A stretch of 64,000 nucleotides of DNA from Terracidiphilus sp. Its GTDB lineage: Bacteria > Acidobacteriota > Terriglobia > Terriglobales > Acidobacteriaceae. A model generated the notes under the pieces. The model did no database searches. It was not told the origin of the DNA and worked only from the letters and a program-made list of their open reading frames with translations. Made by a program: the position numbers and the translations under genes. Shown here one piece after another: positions 58,074-64,000 of this stretch (position 1 is the stretch's first letter; the number at the start of each line of letters is the position of its first letter). The stretch spans positions 4,974 to 68,973 of the forward strand of contig DATAVZ010000098.1 of assembly GCA_036267475.1 (NCBI GenBank). Direction: 5' to 3'.

Positions 58074-59420
58074 ATGTCCATGTTCCGCAAACCGGCCCGG
58101 CTCAAAATGCGGTTGGTGCCTCTGATCGCCGCCACCTATTTCATGGTGTCGGGCGGTCCCTATGGCATTGAGGACATTCTTGGCGGGGCCGGGTTCCTGC
58201 GCGCCATCGTCCTTCTGCTGGTGCTGCCGCTCATCTGGAGCCTGCCCGCGGCGCTCATGATCGGCGAACTTGCCGCCGCCATTCCCGCCGAGGGCGGATT
58301 CTACGTGTGGGTGCGCCGCGCCATGGGACCCTTCTGGGGTTACCAGGAGAGCTGGCTCTCGCTCTCGGCCAGCATCTTTGACATGGCACTCTATCCCGCG
58401 CTGTTTGTGCTCTACCTGGGCAAATTCAACCCGGCCCTTGGCCAGGGCTGGACGGGCTACGCCGGATCGCTGGCCGTGGTTGCGCTTTGCTGCCTGTGGA
58501 ACCTGCGCGGTGCGCCCGAGGTAGGCGAGGACTCCGTGTGGATGGGCGTACTGCTGCTGGCCCCGTTCGCGGTCTTCGTCGTGCTCGGCCTCTGGCGCGG
58601 ATTCACGCTGCATCCGGCAGTCGTCTGGGGCCGGCCCGCGTCAGACGAGGCGCTCTCCACCGCCTTCCTGGTGGCGCTATGGAATTACATGGGCTGGGAC
58701 AACGCGTCCACCATCGCCCGGGAGGTGGAAGATCCGCAGCGCACCTACCCACGCGCCATGATCGCGGCCACCGCGCTCACCACCATCTCCTATGTGTTGC
58801 CGCTGGCCGCCATGGCATTCGCGGGCTTGTCGGCTGACAGCTTTTCCACCGGCGACTGGACTACCGCGGCGCGCACCGTCGGCGGACCGCTGCTGGCCGT
58901 GGCCGTCATCGCCGGAGGCTGCATCACCGGCGTGGGCATGTTCAATGCCCTGGTCATGAGCTACACCCGCCTGCCCATGGCCATGGCCGAAGACGGCATG
59001 CTGCCTCGCGCGCTGGCGCTGCGCAACCGCCGCGGCGTTCCCTGGCTCAGCGTGCTGCTGTGTGGCGTGGCCTGGGCGCTGGCGCTCAAGCTGCCCTTTG
59101 AGCGGCTCATCTCGATTGACCTCATTTTGTATGGATCGAGCCTGATGCTGGAGTTTGTTGCGCTGGTGGTTCTGCGCATCCGCGAGCCGCATCTGCCGCG
59201 GCCCTTCAAAGCCGGCAACCTCGGCTTCGCCTGCCTGCTCGGCGCCGGGCCGGCCGTGCTGATCGGTTATGCCTTGTACATTTGCCGCGGAGAAAAGGTG
59301 ATCGGATCGCTTTCCGCACTGGTTTTTGCAGCCGGCGTCTCGCTGGCGGGGCCGTTATTTTATTGGCTCACCACTCTGGCCGCCGCGCGCCGGCCGGTGG
59401 ACGATCCGGCTATCGAATAA
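58074..59420 (+). CDS. APC family permease (amino acid/polyamine)
   Basis: YFMVSGGPYGIED, IPAEGGFYVWV, WNYMGWDN, EVEDPQRTYP; start uncertain. Confidence 0.9.
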   Translation: MSMFRKPARLKMRLVPLIAATYFMVSGGPYGIEDILGGAGFLRAIVLLLVLPLIWSLPAALMIGELAAAIPAEGGFYVWVRRAMGPFWGYQESWLSLSASIFDMALYPALFVLYLGKFNPALGQGWTGYAGSLAVVALCCLWNLRGAPEVGEDSVWMGVLLLAPFAVFVVLGLWRGFTLHPAVVWGRPASDEALSTAFLVALWNYMGWDNASTIAREVEDPQRTYPRAMIAATALTTISYVLPLAAMAFAGLSADSFSTGDWTTAARTVGGPLLAVAVIAGGCITGVGMFNALVMSYTRLPMAMAEDGMLPRALALRNRRGVPWLSVLLCGVAWALALKLPFERLISIDLILYGSSLMLEFVALVVLRIREPHLPRPFKAGNLGFACLLGAGPAVLIGYALYICRGEKVIGSLSALVFAAGVSLAGPLFYWLTTLAAARRPVDDPAIE

Positions 59421-59455
59421 CGTCGAATAGCGCCGCGGCTTCAGCCGCAAATTCT

Positions 59456-60028
59456 TCAACTGGCCTGCACCGCGGCGATCTTGGCTGCGTTCTTGGCGTT
59501 TTTCTCCCTGTGGTCCTCATACATCTTGATGGCCCGCGCCACCCGGTCGCGTGCATAGCCGGCGTCATGCCAGCCTATTACTTCCACGCGCTTGCCTTCA
59601 AGATCCTTATAGATGGAGAAGAAGTGCGTAATCTCCTTGAGCAGGTGCGGATACGTGTCGGTATAGTTCCACACATCGGTATAGCGCGGATTGTTTTTGC
59701 CCACCGCCAGCACCTTCTCGTCCAGCACGCCCTGGTCCAGCATCTCCAGCAGGCCAATGGGACGCACCTCCTGCACGCAGCCCGGAAAACTGGGACTTGG
59801 CACCAACACCAGCACATCCAGCGGATCGCCGTCGTCGCTCAGAGTGGAGGGAATAAAGCCGTAATCTCCGGGATAGTGAACGGGCGAGTGCAGGTTGCGG
59901 TCCAGTTTGAAGACGTGCAGTTGCTTGTCGTATTCAAACTTCTGGGTTCCGTCTTTGGGAATTTCGACCACGCAGCGAAAGACCTCGGGTGCGCGTTCGC
60001 CTACGGGTAGTTCCAGATAGTTGATCAT
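59456..60028 (-). CDS. ppa: Inorganic pyrophosphatase (family I)
   Basis: VEIP, YPGDYGFIPSTLSDDGDPLDVLV, DEK, FFSIYKDLE. Confidence 0.95.
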   Translation of the reverse strand: MINYLELPVGERAPEVFRCVVEIPKDGTQKFEYDKQLHVFKLDRNLHSPVHYPGDYGFIPSTLSDDGDPLDVLVLVPSPSFPGCVQEVRPIGLLEMLDQGVLDEKVLAVGKNNPRYTDVWNYTDTYPHLLKEITHFFSIYKDLEGKRVEVIGWHDAGYARDRVARAIKMYEDHREKNAKNAAKIAAVQAS

Positions 60029-60156
60029 CTTATCGTCCTTCTCATTCGGGTTGGAGGAGCCGGCCTCAACGTCTTCTGATGCAACCGGGATAAAACCGAA
60101 ATGCTCCCGGCTCGAAAACGCCGGAGCACGGCCCGGAACTACTATAATCAGGGATA

Positions 60157-60402
60157 ATGAAGGCGCATGTCTATGTCACGTTGAAAGCGTCGGTCCTGGA
60201 CCCACAGGGCCAGACCATCCAGAACGCCCTGCGCAAGATCGGATTTTCCGATGTCTCCGCCGTTCGCCAGGGCAAATATTTTCAGTTGTCTTTGCCCGAC
60301 GGCCTCAGCGCCGACACAGCCGGCTCGCAGGTGGAAAGCATCGCCCGTGACGTGCTCACCAACCCGGTCATTGAAGAGTTTACATACCGCATAGAGGAAT
60401 AG
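60157..60402 (+). CDS. purS: Phosphoribosylformylglycinamidine synthase subunit PurS
   Basis: VYVTLKASVLDPQG, VRQGKYF, LTNPVIE. Confidence 0.95.
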   Translation: MKAHVYVTLKASVLDPQGQTIQNALRKIGFSDVSAVRQGKYFQLSLPDGLSADTAGSQVESIARDVLTNPVIEEFTYRIEE

Positions 60403-60426
60403 TCTGTCGCCGGCCGGAATAGCGCA

Positions 60427-60760
60427 GGGCAATTGCATTTGAAAGTCACTGCGAGCGGGTTGCCGCAGGGCGTGTTTTCCATTCAAAATCGAGGTTTTGT
60501 ATCAATCTAGGTTTTGTAACAGGGCACGACTTCAGTCGTGTCGAATCAGGCAACAACGATAGGGCTTTAGCCCCTGCAAATGCGCATCTCCATCAATTGA
60601 GCTTTTGCAGCGGCTGAAGCCGGTATGATCGCGGCCCCTCCTGCGGCACGACTCAAGTCGTGCCCTGTTACAACGCACCCATCAATCAAGGTTTACAGCT
60701 TGCCAAGGTTTACAGCTTGCGCGCTGCTGGTTCCCTCATACAATCCAAATGCGATTGCCC
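60427..60760. repeat. TIR-bounded dispersed repeat, subfamily B
   Basis: Ends GGGCAATTGCATTTG / CAAATGCGATTGCCC; colinear with 12026-12381. Confidence 0.9.
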
Positions 60761-60791
60761 TGCGGAATAAGGGACGCGCTGTGTCTGCGCT

Positions 60792-61679
60792 TCACCCCGC
60801 GGCCGACGGCGCCTCGCCGCGCCCGCCCGCGCCCATCAGCATGAGCGAGCGCTGCGCAAACGGCGAGTAAACCAGCAGCGTGGTGCAGGCCAGCGCCAGC
60901 CCGAAGTTGATGTGGTGCAGCAGTAGAAACGGCGCAAGCGACCATAATTCGTCCACCAGCAGCAGAAACGGCCACAGCCGGAAAAATTGCTTGCGTGCCA
61001 CGGGAGCGCGCAACAGCACCGCCGAAAGAACAAAAGCCCGCACCGGAATCAGGATGGCGGCTGTGACCACCAGCATGGTAAAAATGGCCGTGGCCCGCGG
61101 CAGCCCCGCCAGCAGATCCGCAATCTCGCCCAGGTTCGCTAGCGCGCCCACATAAAATCCCACATACATCAGTTGCAGCAGCACAAACAGCGTTCGCACC
61201 ACCGCATAGGGAGTCTTGGGCAGCTCTTCTTCCGAAGCCAGAATCCCTCTGCGCGGCCTCGAATCGGCTTCGCCGGCCGTGCTGCTCTGCGCCACTGCCG
61301 CCTGCGCGGATGCCTCGTTTGCCGGCGGCTCTTCGTTGCCCGCAATCCGCTCCACCGGCGCCACAAAACGATAGCCGCGCCGGGCCAGCGTCTCAATAAA
61401 CCTGGGACTGCTCGCCGTATCGCCAAGCGCTTCCCGAATGCGATTCACCGCCGAGTTCAGCCCGTGCTCGTAGTCGACAAACGTTCCGCCGGGCCACAGC
61501 TCGCGGGAGAGTTCTTCGCGGGTGAGCAGCTCGCCCGGCTGGTCGAGCAGCAGCACCAGCACCTGAAATGGCTGCGCGTGCAGCCGCACCCGCAGGCCCT
61601 GCCTGCGCAGTTCCCCGGTGGCCGTGTCCGCCTCAAACACTCCAAAGCGATAGCGCCGTGCTGGCTGGGATTCCCTCAT
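60792..61679 (-). CDS. Membrane-anchored OmpR/CadC-type winged-helix regulator with C-terminal transmembrane helices
   Basis: YRFGVFE, RLHAQPFQVL, DYEHGLNSAVNRIREALGD, RFIETLARRGYRF, then about 4 hydrophobic segments. Confidence 0.85.
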   Translation of the reverse strand: MRESQPARRYRFGVFEADTATGELRRQGLRVRLHAQPFQVLVLLLDQPGELLTREELSRELWPGGTFVDYEHGLNSAVNRIREALGDTASSPRFIETLARRGYRFVAPVERIAGNEEPPANEASAQAAVAQSSTAGEADSRPRRGILASEEELPKTPYAVVRTLFVLLQLMYVGFYVGALANLGEIADLLAGLPRATAIFTMLVVTAAILIPVRAFVLSAVLLRAPVARKQFFRLWPFLLLVDELWSLAPFLLLHHINFGLALACTTLLVYSPFAQRSLMLMGAGGRGEAPSAAG

Positions 61680-61852
61680 GCCGTATTTCTTGCACAGTGT
61701 ACCGGACGGCCCCCGATTAAAGCCCCTCCACGGCCATATACATCCTTCGCCAAATCCAAATTTTGCAATCATTTGCACCGTGATATACATTTCACCCGTA
61801 GGTGAGGCCGGTGGCATTGATTCCGCTCCCGTTTGTCCGGCAGATTAGGCAC

Positions 61853-62704
61853 ATGACGCACCGCCATCTTCGGCTTCGTTTGAGATTTTTCCCGCTTCTC
61901 CTGCTTGGATGGTTGCCGCTTTGCGCGCTCCTTCCCGGCCATGCCGTCGCCCAGCCCTCGCTGGCGGCGGTGGCAGCTTTTAACGCCTATACCGGCGTCA
62001 TCGAGTCGCGCCTTGCCGTGCAGCATCGCTCGCCAAACACCTTTCTCGCCCACATCCCGGCAGACGCCGAGGCATCGGCAGGCACGCGGATAAACGACCG
62101 CCTGCTCCCCGGTCAGGTCATCATCGAGCGCATTCCCGTTCCCGCCCATCCGGGGCTGAGCGGCGCGGCTCTCTACCACTGGCGCGGCACCGCCTTTGCC
62201 CCCGGAGCCACGGTGGCGGAGTTCGAGCGGCTCATGAAGAACTTCGCCTCCTACCCGCGAAATTTCGCTCCCGAGGTGCTCTCCGCGCGGCTGCTCGGGC
62301 AGCAGGGCGACCGCCTCCGGGCCACCATGCGCGTCCGTCAGCAGCACGTCCTCACCGTCGTTCTGGACACCGATTACGACATCGACTATGGACGGCTGGA
62401 TGCGCGCCACGGCTACAGCATGGCCCGCAGCACGCGCATTGCGGAGATCGCCTCGCCCGGCACACCCGCCGAGCACGTGCTCGACGCCAGCCATGCGCAT
62501 GGCTTTCTCTGGCGGCAGAAAACCTACTGGAGCTACGAGCAGCGCGACGGCGGCCTGTACATGCAGATCGAGTCCGTCTCGCTCACCCGCGCCATTCCAC
62601 TCGGTCTCGGCTGGGCAATCGGTCCCTATGTCGAAAGCATTCCCCGCGATTCGCTGGAGTTCACGCTCCGCGCCGCAATCCTCGCGCTCGGTAAACAGCG
62701 CTGA
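61853..62704 (+). CDS. Exported hypothetical protein, possibly helix-grip (START-like) fold
   Basis: Signal peptide ending AVA; alternating beta pattern and C-terminal helix; the fold is a guess. Confidence 0.7.
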   Translation: MTHRHLRLRLRFFPLLLLGWLPLCALLPGHAVAQPSLAAVAAFNAYTGVIESRLAVQHRSPNTFLAHIPADAEASAGTRINDRLLPGQVIIERIPVPAHPGLSGAALYHWRGTAFAPGATVAEFERLMKNFASYPRNFAPEVLSARLLGQQGDRLRATMRVRQQHVLTVVLDTDYDIDYGRLDARHGYSMARSTRIAEIASPGTPAEHVLDASHAHGFLWRQKTYWSYEQRDGGLYMQIESVSLTRAIPLGLGWAIGPYVESIPRDSLEFTLRAAILALGKQR

Positions 62705-62728
62705 ACCTACCGGAAAGGACACACCGCA

Positions 62729-63463
62729 ATGGACACGCAATCCGCCGCCGCAAACGGTCAATCCGCATTTCGCTCCGCGCGCCGCGTCAACCGCTCTCTC
62801 ACCGCGCTGCTGGAAAAACGCGCGCTCGAATGGATGGCCGCACACGCCCCCGCATGGCTCACGTCGGATCAGCTCACCCTGCTCGGTCTGGCCGCGCAGA
62901 TCGCGGCCGGCGCCTGCTACGCGCTCGCCCGTTTCCATCGCGGCGCGTTGCTGCTGGTGGTTCTGTGTGTGGCCCTCAACTGGCTCGGCGACAGCCTGGA
63001 CGGCACCCTTGCCAGGGTGCGCTGCCGGCAGCGTCCGCGCTATGGCTTCTATGTCGACCACATGGTCGACGTCTTCGGCTCCATCGCCCTGCTGTCGGGC
63101 CTCGCCTGCTCGGGATTTCTCCACTGGCAGACGGCGCTCGCCTTGCTCATTGCATTTCTCGTGCTTGCCGCCGAGAGCTATCTCGCCACCTACACGCTGG
63201 CCTGCTTCGAGCTCTCGCAGGGCATCTTCGGTCCCACGGAGATTCGCATCCTGCTCATCCTCGGCAATCTCGCCCTGCTGCACAGCCCCTATGCAACGTT
63301 GTTCGGCCACCGCTTCCTGCTGTTCGATTTAGGAGGCGCCATCGCGGCTGCGGCCATGTTCGCCACTGCCATCAGCGTCACCCTCCGCCACACCGCGCAG
63401 CTCTATTGCCAGGAACCACTGTCGCCGCGATTACCGGAACCATTGCCGGAGCCGCTGCCGTGA
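62729..63463 (+). CDS. CDP-alcohol phosphatidyltransferase family protein
   Basis: DSLDGTLARVR...RYGFYVDHMVD signature. Confidence 0.9.
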   Translation: MDTQSAAANGQSAFRSARRVNRSLTALLEKRALEWMAAHAPAWLTSDQLTLLGLAAQIAAGACYALARFHRGALLLVVLCVALNWLGDSLDGTLARVRCRQRPRYGFYVDHMVDVFGSIALLSGLACSGFLHWQTALALLIAFLVLAAESYLATYTLACFELSQGIFGPTEIRILLILGNLALLHSPYATLFGHRFLLFDLGGAIAAAAMFATAISVTLRHTAQLYCQEPLSPRLPEPLPEPLP

Positions 63464-63897
63464 ATCCCATCCATCGCTGGTGCCGCTTCAACGCGGTCGG
63501 AGCCCTCGGCATGGCCGTCCAGCTGGGCGTGCTGGCTCTGCTCAATCGCCTCCTGGCTGGCCGCTATCTGTTCGCATCGGCCGCCGCCGTCGAGCTGGCG
63601 CTGCTGCACAACTTCACCTGGCACCTGCGCTACACCTGGCGCGATCGCGGCGGCTGCGCGCCCATTCAACCCCAAACGCATGCCCGGACTCAACCGCGAA
63701 TTCTGCCACGGCTTACGCGCTTCCATCTTTCCAACGGATTGGTCTCCATGCTGGGCAATCTGGGGCTGATGCGCTTGCTGGTTCGTCAGGCTCGCCTGCC
63801 CGTGCTCATCGCCAACGCCATCGCGATCCTGTGCTGTTCGCTCATTAACTTCGTTCTCAGCGACCGGTGGGCTTTCGCCGCGCCGCATGCCGCATGA
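63460..63897 (+). CDS. GtrA family membrane protein
   Basis: RFNAVGALG, HNFTWH..YTW, LINFVLSDRWAF; GTG start overlaps the upstream TGA. Confidence 0.85.
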   Translation: MNPIHRWCRFNAVGALGMAVQLGVLALLNRLLAGRYLFASAAAVELALLHNFTWHLRYTWRDRGGCAPIQPQTHARTQPRILPRLTRFHLSNGLVSMLGNLGLMRLLVRQARLPVLIANAIAILCCSLINFVLSDRWAFAAPHAA

Positions 63898-64000
63898 ACT
63901 CTGCAAACTGGCCATTACGATGGTGCCCTCCATCGATTGCGGGCCATGCACCACGGTAATCTCGGCTTTGCCTTCACTTCGCATAGAATCGTTCCATGTG

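Noticed and set aside
63403-63984. 193 aa minus-strand ORF at the window end
   Set aside because: Mostly antisense to the GtrA gene; no motifs

Overview
GC-rich bacterial chromosome segment, most likely Acidobacteriota (inferred from the Acidobacteria-type VWA protein, the integrase style and the REP-like repeats). It has four parts. (1) 1-21.5 kb: housekeeping and envelope genes (bamD, rpe, GH105, ThuA, tRNA-Gly, VWA, transglutaminase, ppdK, STAS, queG, YihY, aroF, ccmC), with several copies of a 310-355 bp terminal-inverted-repeat element and REP-like hairpins. (2) 21.6-27.1 kb: Ku-LigD NHEJ block, possibly an older island. (3) 27168-38566: an 11.35 kb element integrated in tRNA-Lys(CTT) between 45 bp direct repeats. 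It encodes integrase, excisionase, HK97 major capsid, prohead protease, small terminase, a cos-like site and a fibre-like protein, but no large terminase or portal. It also carries a tape-measure stub and a replication gene split across a 2.4 kb oppositely oriented block. It is a phage-satellite candidate with an unusual gene set. (4) 38.7-57.7 kb: a deoxy-sugar (probably L-fucose) catabolic locus with two GH29, a divergent GH38, RhaT, SDR, lactonase, enolase-family dehydratase and a LarA homologue. Inside it is an unexplained operon of two signal-less solute-binding-fold proteins, a class III CoA-transferase and MaoC dehydratases, with no ABC transporter in the window. The window ends with an APC permease, ppa, purS and a membrane-lipid module. 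No CRISPR array, rRNA or intact transposase was seen. All protein calls are from motif recognition, not database searches.
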